From assembly GCA_947624105.1 (NCBI GenBank), contig CANQIX010000001.1, forward strand, positions 1,866 through 65,865: a stretch of DNA of 64,000 bases, read 5' to 3'. Every line of letters starts with the position of its first letter. The stretch's first letter is position 1. Shown here in pieces: positions 34,339 to 43,000 of the stretch. The stretch is from an uncultured Clostridia bacterium. GTDB lineage: Bacteria; Bacillota; Clostridia; Christensenellales; UBA1242. The position numbers and the translations under genes are program-made. Under the pieces are notes generated by a model. It saw only the letters and a program-made list of their open reading frames with translations. It was not told the origin of the DNA and searched no databases.

Positions 34339-34551
34339 TTACTTTTTCTTTTGGAATTTGCCGTCTTTTTTGTGAACGACAAAGTTTAGTTCGTTACTTT
34401 CGCTAAGTTCCTTAACTCTTTTAAGTGCTTCGTCTTTTGTTGCAAACGATGCGATTGTGCGCTTTGCACCATCTTTTGTGATTTTCCATAATCTGTCTTC
34501 TTTGTCATAAACGACTCTGTAAAGAGCCTTTTTTGCTTTTGTTTCTTCCAT
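34339..34551 (-). CDS. DUF2188-like small protein
   Basis: I prefer ATG 34551 (GGAGG SD) over the track TTG 34563. YRVVYDKEDRLWKITKDGAKRTIASFATKDEALKRVKELSESNELNFVVHKKDGKFQ follows the DUF2188 pattern (W-x-[IV]…G-x-x-R…T-K-x-E-A…H-x-x-D-G-[KR]-[IF]). Confidence 0.7.
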   Translation of the reverse strand: MEETKAKKALYRVVYDKEDRLWKITKDGAKRTIASFATKDEALKRVKELSESNELNFVVHKKDGKFQKKK

Positions 34552-34577
34552 TTTTGCCTCCAATTTTATATATTTTA

Positions 34578-34606
34578 ATTATATCACACCTTTTTTGCCT
34601 TGACAA
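34578..34606 (-). promoter_or_regulatory. candidate sigma-A promoter of the DUF2188 gene
   Basis: Minus strand: TTGTCA (34601-34606), 17 nt, TGaTATAAT (TATAAT 34578-34583). Confidence 0.5.
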
Positions 34607-34626
34607 ACAAAACGACAATTTTTTAT

Positions 34627-34650
34627 AAAAAAGAGGGAGTTGTTCCCTCT
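34627..34650 (-). terminator. rho-independent terminator ending the tatD-rsmA-small ORF unit
   Basis: AGAGGGA-GTTGT-TCCCTCT hairpin (34632-34650), with a U6 run on the minus-strand RNA (A6 at 34627-34632). Confidence 0.65.
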
Positions 34651-34656
34651 TTAAAT

Positions 34657-34812
34657 TTATTTTTTCTTTCCTCTGCAACTAAGCAAATTCCCAAGCGAGC
34701 AGCAGACTTGATTTAATAGGTCAAGTATCTGCCTAACTTCTTCATCACTTTTGCCACACGCAACTTGCATTGCGATGTATGTTGCAAACAAAACTTCGTC
34801 TTCGTTTTTCAC
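34657..34812 (-). CDS. small Cys-containing hypothetical protein (about 51 aa; start uncertain)
   Basis: The track ORF 34657..34872 overlaps the rsmA 3' end. An internal GTG at 34812 gives (M)KNEDEVLFATYIAMQVACGKSDEEVRQILDLLNQVCCSLGNLLSCRGKKK. This resembles small clostridial proteins with an A-C-x-L-x-K…E-E-[LI]…L-G-[DN]-x-L motif. No clear SD. Confidence 0.35.
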   Translation of the reverse strand: MKNEDEVLFATYIAMQVACGKSDEEVRQILDLLNQVCCSLGNLLSCRGKKK

Positions 34813-34843
34813 ATTTATATATATGAAAACGGCAGCGCTAAGT

Positions 34844-35605
34844 TTAATCCAACTTTTTGTATGCCCCGACAAAGTCTTCTAGGCTAAGCATTTCAGCGCG
34901 CTTTGACAAAAATTCTTTATCAAAAGTTGCCATCAACTTCTCCTTTGGATAGAGCGAAGAGAGGTTGTTTAAGAGGGTTTTTCTGCGCATCGAAAACGCC
35001 GATTTAACAAAAAGTGAAAATCTATATCGGTCGATGTTGTATTTTTGTTTAATTTTAATATTCACAACAGCGGAGTCGACATTTGGCGCTGGGGTGAACA
35101 TTTGGCGCTTTACGATTCGAGTTATCTTTGCATCGCCATAGAACGCCATCATAACAGAAAGAATCCCGTAGTCCTTTCCGCCCTTTTGCGCAACTATCCT
35201 TTCAGCAACTTCTTTCTGCACCATTATCGTAATTGATTTAAGATTTTTTGCCTCGTCGATAAGTTTAAAAATTATCGGCGTTGTGATGTAATATGGAAGA
35301 TTTGCAACAACCTTTATGCCATCAAACTTATCATACTCTTTTAAGTCCGCTTTCATAAAGTCCGCAAAAATAAAGTCGACATTCTTTAGTTGTAGGGCTA
35401 AAAGCGTTTCTTTTAACTCTTGGTCAACTTCATACGCAAACACCTTTTTTGCTGCAAGCGACAACTCTTTTGTAAGCGCGCCTGCTCCTGCGCCAATTTC
35501 AAGCACAACATCGTCTTGCGATATCTCCGCGTCCTGAACGATGGCGTGTAAAAGGTTTTTGTCTGTCAAAAAATTCTGTCCAAATTTTTTCTTAAAGTTA
35601 AACAT
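34844..35605 (-). CDS. rsmA: 16S rRNA (adenine1518/1519-N6)-dimethyltransferase
   Basis: 253-aa ORF with KKFGQNFLTD and EIGAGAGALT (SAM motif I). Follows tatD as in Bacillus. Confidence 0.95.
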   Translation of the reverse strand: MFNFKKKFGQNFLTDKNLLHAIVQDAEISQDDVVLEIGAGAGALTKELSLAAKKVFAYEVDQELKETLLALQLKNVDFIFADFMKADLKEYDKFDGIKVVANLPYYITTPIIFKLIDEAKNLKSITIMVQKEVAERIVAQKGGKDYGILSVMMAFYGDAKITRIVKRQMFTPAPNVDSAVVNIKIKQKYNIDRYRFSLFVKSAFSMRRKTLLNNLSSLYPKEKLMATFDKEFLSKRAEMLSLEDFVGAYKKLD

Positions 35606-35614
35606 TTTTCCTCG

Positions 35615-36367
35615 CTATATATTAAACAACTCTTTTGTGTTTTGATATATCTGTTTTTCGACTTCTTCTACGCTTATTTGTTTAATTTCTGCAATTTTTT
35701 TTGCAATTATTGGTATATTTTTAGGTTCGTTTTTTGTTCCGCGAAAAGGCTCTGGTGCCATATATGGAGAATCTGTTTCGGTTAAAATGCTCTCTAGTGG
35801 CAAGTTTTGTATATTTTCCACCGCAACTCTTGCGTTTTTAAAGGTGCAAACTCCGCCGAAGGAAAAACTAAATCCAAGTTTCATAAATTCCTTTGCCATT
35901 TCAAAACTTCCGCCATAACAGTGCAAAAGACTGCGCCTTTTAAGTGGGTGCGACTTTAAAATCTCGTAGGTGTCCATCATCGCATCACGGCTGTGAATAA
36001 CAACCGGCAAATTTAGTTTGTTTGCAAGTTCCAACTGCTCTGCAAAAACTCTCTTTTGAAGTTCCTTATTGTCCACTCTAAAGTGATAGTCAAGTCCAAT
36101 CTCCCCAATCGCAACCACTTTGTCGTGCTTTGCTAACTCTGTTATCTTTTCAATATAGGCGTCCTCTAAGCCGTCAAGATTTTCTGGGTGCACGCCAACA
36201 GTTGCATACACATTTTTATATTTTTTAGCATATTCAACTGCCTTTTGGGAACTTAAAAGGTCATAGCCATCAGTTATCAGCAAATTTACCCTTTCCTTCT
36301 CTGCATCGCTGACAACACGGTCAGTATCTTCGTATTCATTTAAGTGTAAGTGGGCATCAACAAACAT
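35615..36367 (-). CDS. tatD: TatD-family metal-dependent DNase/hydrolase
   Basis: I prefer ATG 36367 (GGAGAAG SD) over the track start 36418. MFVDAHLHL, GEIGLDYH, VVIHSRDA and LHCYGGS motifs are present. Confidence 0.9.
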   Translation of the reverse strand: MFVDAHLHLNEYEDTDRVVSDAEKERVNLLITDGYDLLSSQKAVEYAKKYKNVYATVGVHPENLDGLEDAYIEKITELAKHDKVVAIGEIGLDYHFRVDNKELQKRVFAEQLELANKLNLPVVIHSRDAMMDTYEILKSHPLKRRSLLHCYGGSFEMAKEFMKLGFSFSFGGVCTFKNARVAVENIQNLPLESILTETDSPYMAPEPFRGTKNEPKNIPIIAKKIAEIKQISVEEVEKQIYQNTKELFNI

Positions 36368-36448
36368 AACTTCTCCAGTAGTATTAAGTTTATCAAAGTG
36401 CCTAAAAATTGTCAACAAATCTCTATTTTTTAAAGCATATATATAAAT

Positions 36449-37021
36449 ATGAATATCTTTTGGCTGCTTATGATGCTCTGCTCGATGGTGGTGCTGTTGT
36501 TTGTGAACCCGTCTGCCGTTTTAACCGAAATGATTGGCGCAGCATCTGGCGCACTGACACTTTCGATTGAACTTTGTGCAATTTACACGGTGTGGCTAGG
36601 AATTATTGAACTTGTTGATGCAAGTGGACTATCTAACTTGCTTGCAAAACTTTTGCGGCCGATGATAAAAAGAGTTTTTAAAGTGGAAGATGAAAACATA
36701 CAAAAACTTATTGCCCTAAACATCTCGGCAAATATGCTTGGTGTTGGAAACGCCTCCACCCCGCTTGGCATAAAAGCGATAAAAGCGATGGACGATGGAA
36801 GCGGCAAGGCAAGTTTTTCGATGATTATGCTTGTTGTTATCAATGCAACTTCGATTCAACTTTTGCCCACAACAATCATAGGCTTGCGAACAACAGCCGG
36901 AAGTTCGTCCCCTGCCGACATCATTCTTCCAACCCTTATTGTAACAGTGATAACAACGCTTTTGGGCATCTTTTTGGTGCATTTTATAAACGCTTTAAAG
37001 AGGAGAAAAAAATATGAGTAA
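36449..37021 (+). CDS. spmA: spore maturation protein A-like nucleoside-recognition membrane protein
   Basis: 190-aa polytopic ORF (…LTLSIELCAIYTVWLGIIELVDASGL…NISANMLGVGNASTPLGIKAM…). It is paired with spmB and overlaps it by 8 nt. Confidence 0.8.
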   Translation: MNIFWLLMMLCSMVVLLFVNPSAVLTEMIGAASGALTLSIELCAIYTVWLGIIELVDASGLSNLLAKLLRPMIKRVFKVEDENIQKLIALNISANMLGVGNASTPLGIKAIKAMDDGSGKASFSMIMLVVINATSIQLLPTTIIGLRTTAGSSSPADIILPTLIVTVITTLLGIFLVHFINALKRRKKYE

Positions 37022-37520
37022 CTACATCTTACCCATAATCTTTATCCTTTTGTTTATCTTTTGTATCTTCAAAAAGGTGAATGTTTATGACACATTTATT
37101 AAAGGCGCAAAAGGGGCAATCAAACTTGTGGTCGACATCTTTCCGTTTATCGCCGCCATTATGATTGCTGTTGCGCTTTTGCGAGTGAGTGGCATAACCA
37201 CTTGGCTTACAAGGTTGTGCGCTCCTGTCTTCAACTTTCTTGGCGTGCCGGCTGAACTATGCGAACTTGTCTTTTTGCGCCCTTTCACCGGAAGTGGAAG
37301 TTATGCGATTCTTGAAAATATCCTCTCCACCTATGGCGCGGATTCGTATATTTCAAGGTGCGCGTGCGTGATAATGGGTTGCAGCGAAACGATATTTTAC
37401 GTTGCAACAATCTACTTTTCGCAGACAAAAGTCAAAAAACTTGCATACGCAATTCCGGTCGCCCTTTTGTGCAGTGTGGTAGGAACGATTCTTGCCTGTC
37501 TGTTATGCAAAGTTATCTAG
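37014..37520 (+). CDS. spmB: spore maturation protein B-like membrane protein
   Basis: 168-aa polytopic ORF (…FLRPFTGSGSYAILENIL…GCSETIFYV…). Translationally overlapped with spmA. Confidence 0.8.
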   Translation: MSNYILPIIFILLFIFCIFKKVNVYDTFIKGAKGAIKLVVDIFPFIAAIMIAVALLRVSGITTWLTRLCAPVFNFLGVPAELCELVFLRPFTGSGSYAILENILSTYGADSYISRCACVIMGCSETIFYVATIYFSQTKVKKLAYAIPVALLCSVVGTILACLLCKVI

Positions 37521-38243
37521 TTATTTGCAAAATTTTTTGGTGTGAAGTTCCTCCAAAAATTTTCCGTCCTCTTGATTTGTAACAAGATTTGGCAAAATAA
37601 CAACTCCTGCTTTTGCCCCCTTAACCGCTTCAATCACAACAAGAGAAATTTTCTTTTTGCCGTTTTCGGTAAAAAACATCTTTTTAACTTCTAGCCCATT
37701 TTGACAACATTTGCTGATAAGTTCCGCACTTCGCTCTGCTGCATACACGCAATAAAATCTTCCGCCAAACTTTAAAAGTTTTGCCGTTACTTTTAAAAGG
37801 TCGTCAAGCAACAAACACACCTCTTGTCTTGCAATTTTTTTGACATCGTCTTGCTCGTCTTTTGTAACTTTGAAATATGGAGGATTTGAAAAAACGACAT
37901 CGACTTCCTTGGAAAGATATTTTTTATAATTTTTTACATCGTCTTTAATTAGTTCAATTTTTTCGCTTAAATTGTTTAATTTTATGTTTTTTTCGCATAA
38001 ATTTTGCAATTTTGGTTGAATTTCAAAGATTTTTATCTCTTTGAAGTTGTTTTTTGCAGAAGCAAGAATCGAGATAACTCCACTTCCTCCGCCGATTTCA
38101 ACACCAACTTCTCCTGCCTTAATTTTCAAAAAATTAGCAAGAATCACGGCATCGCTAGAAAAAGTGTAAAGGCTTTTGTTTTGAATTATTTTAAGTCCTT
38201 TACATTGTAAATCTTCGATTCGTTCTCCTTGCTCTAATTTCAT
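37521..38243 (-). CDS. SAM-dependent methyltransferase, YabB/TrmN6-like (N6-adenine type NPPY motif)
   Basis: 240-aa ORF with VEIGGGSGVISI (motif I) and FSNPPYF (motif IV). Its position after yaaT matches B. subtilis yabB. Confidence 0.8.
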   Translation of the reverse strand: MKLEQGERIEDLQCKGLKIIQNKSLYTFSSDAVILANFLKIKAGEVGVEIGGGSGVISILASAKNNFKEIKIFEIQPKLQNLCEKNIKLNNLSEKIELIKDDVKNYKKYLSKEVDVVFSNPPYFKVTKDEQDDVKKIARQEVCLLLDDLLKVTAKLLKFGGRFYCVYAAERSAELISKCCQNGLEVKKMFFTENGKKKISLVVIEAVKGAKAGVVILPNLVTNQEDGKFLEELHTKKFCK

Positions 38244-39055
38244 TTTCTCTTCTCTTTTATTTCGTTTAAGTCGTAAGTTTTTATCTCTTCGTCATCGCCG
38301 TTTACAAACTTTACATCAACTTTGCGCGCCAAAAGATTGTTATACACAACAGTGCCCTCGCCGTCTTTGGTCGATACAACAGAGTTGATTTTTGGCATAA
38401 CCTTTAGCGCCTCGACATAGTTTTCGTTTTCATACGCAAGGCAACACATAAGTTTTCCGCACAAGCCACTTATCGAGTTTGGATTGAGCGACAGATTCTG
38501 CGTTTTTGCCATCTTCATTGTTACGTGGTCGACATCGCCAAAGTTTTCAACACAACAACATATCTTTCCGCAAGGGCCAAAGCCACCAAGCATATTTACC
38601 GCATCGCGATTGCCTATCTGCCTAAGTTCAACTCTGGTTTTTAAGGTTTCGGCAAGTTGCTTTACCAAATCTCTAAAGTCCACTCTGGTGTCTGCCATAA
38701 AATTGATGATTATTTTGCTGTTGTCGTAACTTGCTTCAACTTTGACAATCTTCATTTCAAGTCCGGAGTTTTTTACTATCTTCACTATTGTTGGATAGAG
38801 TTGTTCTGCCTTTTTGTTATATTCTTCCGCCCTTTCAACAACCTCTTTGCTTGCAATTTTAAGCACATTTTTAAGTGGCGATGCAAGTTCGTCGGTGTTT
38901 ATGTTGTATTTTTCCTTAACAACCATTCCAAGCGACTCACCCTTGTCTGTTTCAACGATGCAATAGTCGCCTCTTTTAAGTTCTAGTCCGTTTGGACAAA
39001 AAGAGTAAAGATGATTGCTGGATTTGAATTTTATCCCTACTACCTCTATTTGCAT
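38240..39055 (-). CDS. ricT: PSP1-domain protein (YaaT/RicT)
   Basis: 271-aa ORF with the Cys cluster GPCGKICCC…GLCGKLMCCLAYE typical of PSP1/YaaT. It overlaps holB by 10 nt and the downstream MTase by 4 nt. Confidence 0.9.
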   Translation of the reverse strand: MQIEVVGIKFKSSNHLYSFCPNGLELKRGDYCIVETDKGESLGMVVKEKYNINTDELASPLKNVLKIASKEVVERAEEYNKKAEQLYPTIVKIVKNSGLEMKIVKVEASYDNSKIIINFMADTRVDFRDLVKQLAETLKTRVELRQIGNRDAVNMLGGFGPCGKICCCVENFGDVDHVTMKMAKTQNLSLNPNSISGLCGKLMCCLAYENENYVEALKVMPKINSVVSTKDGEGTVVYNNLLARKVDVKFVNGDDEEIKTYDLNEIKEKRK

Positions 39056-40002
39056 AGGTATTTTACCTCCAAAATTTTTAATAACAAATTATCTACCGCA
39101 ACCGGCAAATTGGCGTTGAATTGCACTTTTTTCAAAGATTCGGCAATAAGTGAGGTTATTTCACATATTGCGCGGGTAGAAAATTCTGGTTCGACATTTT
39201 TTAAAACATCGCTATATGGTGTCAACCTACAAAGTTCCTCTTGCTCCGCCTTAAGTTTCAGCATATCTTCAAGGGCAAGCAGATAGATTGAAAGTATAAA
39301 TTTTAAGTGGTCTTTGCGGTCGACAACACCTTTTGAATATTGCAAAACTTCCGCACTGTTTTTTAGATTTGTAACAAGTTTAATCGCAAAATCGACAATT
39401 TCGTCTAGGTTATCCATATTGGCAAGTTTTTGCGCTTGGCAGATATATCCGCCACTTAAAATTACCGCAAGTTGATTTTTGACAAACTTTGACAACTCTT
39501 CATTTGTCAGCCTTTCAACATAAAACTTATCACATCTCGATTTGATTGTTGGAAGCACCTTTTCTGCCGATTTAACTCCAAGCAAAAAATAGACATTTTT
39601 AGGTGGTTCTTCCAAAACTTTTAGCAGTTTGTTTTGCGCTTGTTCGGTGGATTCGTCAAAGTTTTCGATGATAAACACCTTTTTTTCAAGCCCGATTGGT
39701 TTAATAAAAACTTCATTAACAATCTCTTCCGAATCCGACACAAGCAATTTTTCTTTGTTTTTTGGATAGACTCTTATGTCTATGTTGGCGTTATTTATCA
39801 CCCTTTTATATTCCACGCTATTTTCGTCAAAAAGTTGATATGCCGGATAGTTTAGCATCAGCGCGGTCATAACAAGCACAACTTCGTTTGTGAGAGAGTC
39901 GTTGCAGAAAAACATAACAGAGTTTAAAAATTTCCCTGCTTTATATTTATCTTCAACTTTTTTAAAGAATTGTTGATTTTTTATTATCTCTGCAATTGTC
40001 AT
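39046..40002 (-). CDS. holB: DNA polymerase III subunit delta'
   Basis: 318-aa ORF with NKLLKVLEEPP and TIKSRC motifs. Upstream of yaaT as in Bacillus. Confidence 0.85.
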   Translation of the reverse strand: MTIAEIIKNQQFFKKVEDKYKAGKFLNSVMFFCNDSLTNEVVLVMTALMLNYPAYQLFDENSVEYKRVINNANIDIRVYPKNKEKLLVSDSEEIVNEVFIKPIGLEKKVFIIENFDESTEQAQNKLLKVLEEPPKNVYFLLGVKSAEKVLPTIKSRCDKFYVERLTNEELSKFVKNQLAVILSGGYICQAQKLANMDNLDEIVDFAIKLVTNLKNSAEVLQYSKGVVDRKDHLKFILSIYLLALEDMLKLKAEQEELCRLTPYSDVLKNVEPEFSTRAICEITSLIAESLKKVQFNANLPVAVDNLLLKILEVKYLCK

Positions 40003-40008
40003 ATTGTT

Positions 40009-40037
40009 ATTCTAACATATTATTTTTAAAAAGTAAA
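40009..40037 (-). promoter_or_regulatory. candidate sigma-A promoter placed to give a leaderless holB mRNA
   Basis: Minus strand: TTTACT (40032-40037), 17 nt, TGtTAGAAT (TAGAAT 40009-40014), then only 6 nt (AACAAT) before ATG 40002. No SD. Confidence 0.4.
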
Positions 40038-40046
40038 CAAACATAG

Positions 40047-40069
40047 AAAAAACCTAGCAAATGCTAGGC
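40047..40069 (-). terminator. rho-independent terminator of the giant gene
   Basis: Minus-strand RNA GCCUAGC-AUUU-GCUAGGU followed by U6 (A6 at 40047-40052), 7 nt past the TAG at 40076-40078. Confidence 0.6.
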
Positions 40070-40075
40070 TTTTTA

Positions 40076-43000
40076 CTATGAAATTCTCTTCTTTTCCTTG
40101 TCAATTTCTCGCTTTGTCTTGATGATTATGATAAGAAGTATGATAATCAAAATCCATAGCCAGAAGATTGCAATTCCAAGGCCAACCTTTACCCAATCTG
40201 TTGGTTCTTCTTCCCAAACCGCGTAGATTGAAATGGTTGTTTGTCCCTCTTCAGGGATAAATTCGATTTGAGTTTCGGTTATATCAACTTCGCCCTGGCT
40301 TGCCTTAGACTGCGTTGTTGCCCAACCTTTGAAGACGTATCCCTCGCGGATAAACATATTCTCTTCTATGTCTGCAACTGTGCCGTAAGGATTCGTTACA
40401 CGATAGGTTGAATTTCCGTTTTCCGTTCTACCGCCGTTACCTTGATAGATAAGGGTAACTTGCATTCTTTCGGTGTAGATGTAAACTTCAAAGTCTTCCG
40501 CTGGAACGGTAAAGCCGATGCTGTCGCCTACTGGAATTTGTTGTTTGTTTACAATAACCGACGAAACACTGTAAGTTGGTTCTGTAGTAACAGAGATGTT
40601 TATGTATTCTGTATACAGAGCGGTGTAATTGTTGATATCAGACCCTGGTTCAAGCGAGCCAAATATGTCGGTGATTGTTGTTGCGCTAATTCCAGAACCG
40701 ATGTTTACAACGAACGATACACGAATCAAGTTGAAGTAAATCTTTATGTAACTCGTTCCATCACCATTTATGAATGCCGATGCATCTTCGCTGTAATATT
40801 GATATCCTGCACGTGTTGGAACAACATAGTCTGTCGTTGAAATTGGAGCATTTGTTCTGCCATAGCCTTTTTCAACGGTTGCTATATATGAGTGAACGCC
40901 TAAGGTGTCGGAAATGTCGTCATCTTCGATTCCGCTTAGCACTTCATAGAAGAGGTAAATTGTAAATTCAGTGTCTTCAAGTTCTTCCGTTGTGATGTAA
41001 ACTTCGATGATGTAGTTTCCGCCGTCGTCGTAGACAAACTCGCCTGCGCCATTGACTTTGTAGTAACTTTCTGAGTTAATCAAAAGTTCATAAGTCAAAC
41101 TCCACGTTGTGTAAGTTCTTCCGTCTTCGTCGGTAACTTTGTTTTCAACTGGTTCAATCGATTTCTCCGAACCTTTGATTGAAAGCCCAACAATCTTATA
41201 ACCTGGAACGGTTGTGAGTGAAATTGGTGCGGTGTTGCCAAAGAAGTAATATTCATCGCCACTAAACGAACCTATGCGTTCTGGCTCATCGATTTGAATG
41301 TCAATCTTAACCATTATGAGGTTGATATAGATTTGAATTGTGGTATTTCCGGTGTAGTCAACCGAATATCTTTCGTCTTCAACCGGCGTTACCTGTCCGT
41401 TCTTGTCGATAACAACTCTTGCCCACATATTTGCAAAGTTGTAACCTGAGAAGTCGTCCGCAACATAGCCTGGCAGTGTTGCAACAAACACTTTATCAGC
41501 ATAGTCTAAGAATGTTAGTCTGTCTTCTACCAAAGTTTCAACGCGTATCGACATTGGAACTTCTTCGTCGATTAAGATTACTGTGTTTGTGTAAGTTCTT
41601 GCAGTTTCTCTAAATCTAAAGTCATAGTTTTCAACATCTCTGTCGCCCGCTTTTGAAATGTCAATTGTTCTCTTTTGAACGAAGTAGTCAACTCTGTATT
41701 GAGTGAGTTCTGGTTCAATGATAAGTTCAACATTCAACACCTCATCGCTCTTAAGTGCTGGAACGACAAAGTTTCTGCTTGTTCGATAGAGTGGAGTGCT
41801 GTCTGGAAGAGTGCCTTGCACTGCTGGCACAAGAACCTCCACACTGCCCTCGCTTGATGTAAAGTTAAAGCCTGGGAAGGTGTATCCTGCCTTAACGGCA
41901 AACGAAATTTCAATCGATGATCCAACCATAACGTCATAGTAATAGGTGATTCTGTTATATTCAATCGACGAACTTATACTGTTTGAAGTTCTGCTAACTC
42001 CGTCAATGACGATGCTTAACGAATCGTTGATGTAGCCGTTGTAGGTGTCGGACATCGTTACTGCAAAGGTGAACACTTTGCGCGAGAACAGAACGGTTAT
42101 GATAACTTCTTCTTCCGCGCTGATTCTCGCTGGAACGCCCTCTACTGCAAAGATGTTGTATGGGTCGAAGTAAGCAGTCTTATCTTCTGCCATTATCTTT
42201 TCAACCGCTTCCCTAATCATATCTTCGGTGAGTTCTGTTCCGGTTACGCCTGTCGTTCTGTATCCTTCACTAAATCTTCCAACATTGCCCTCATGGTCGC
42301 CATACTGCCCATCGATTGTTGCAAACGAGTAGCGAACGGTGTAATAGGTGTCATCTCTTGGAATTACGTTGATTTGAACTTCGACATCGTTTGTAGGCAT
42401 TGTGAACGAAAGTGTATATTCAGTTGTGCTTTGATATACCGGTCTTACGATTGCGTTCTTAACTTCGCCCTCGCTGTAGAAGGTTACTTGTTCTTCTTCG
42501 TTGATGTCATAACCCTTATACAACTCGAAATTTACTGAGATTAAGTCGCCACTTACCGCAGTTGTGCTGGCTGGCAATCTCTTAACGCCACCGCCTGCAA
42601 CTGACAAGAAGGTGATACGGAATTGTTGTCTGTAGAAGTAATAGTGAATCTCTGACAATCCGTTTCCGTTTAACAGATATCCGTCTGTTGTTTCGTCATA
42701 ATTGCTGTTAACATATTCCACTCTTATGTTATCTTTGTCAAAGCCGACAATCGAGATTTCCAAATCTGCAAGAGCGGCAAGCAACATTTGAAGGTTGTAT
42801 GGAATTGGCGCATCGGTCGTTCCAAACAGAGTTCCTCTGCCGATTTCAAATGGTTCGCCAAAGGCATAATCTGTTGTTTGGTCGCCTGCAAAGTATACCT
42901 TAACTGCAAATGGAGTGTCCTCTCTTGGCGTTGCGATTGTGTCAAGCACAAGCGATGTCAAGCGGAGTTCTTCCATCTTCGCGGCAACGGTGTTAACCTT

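Noticed and set aside
37515-37526. Abutting stop codons of convergent spmB (TAG 37518-37520) and the methyltransferase gene (TAA complement 37521-37523) with no terminator between them.
   Set aside because: It is a real observation, but it is common in compact genomes and has no specific functional implication that I can support.
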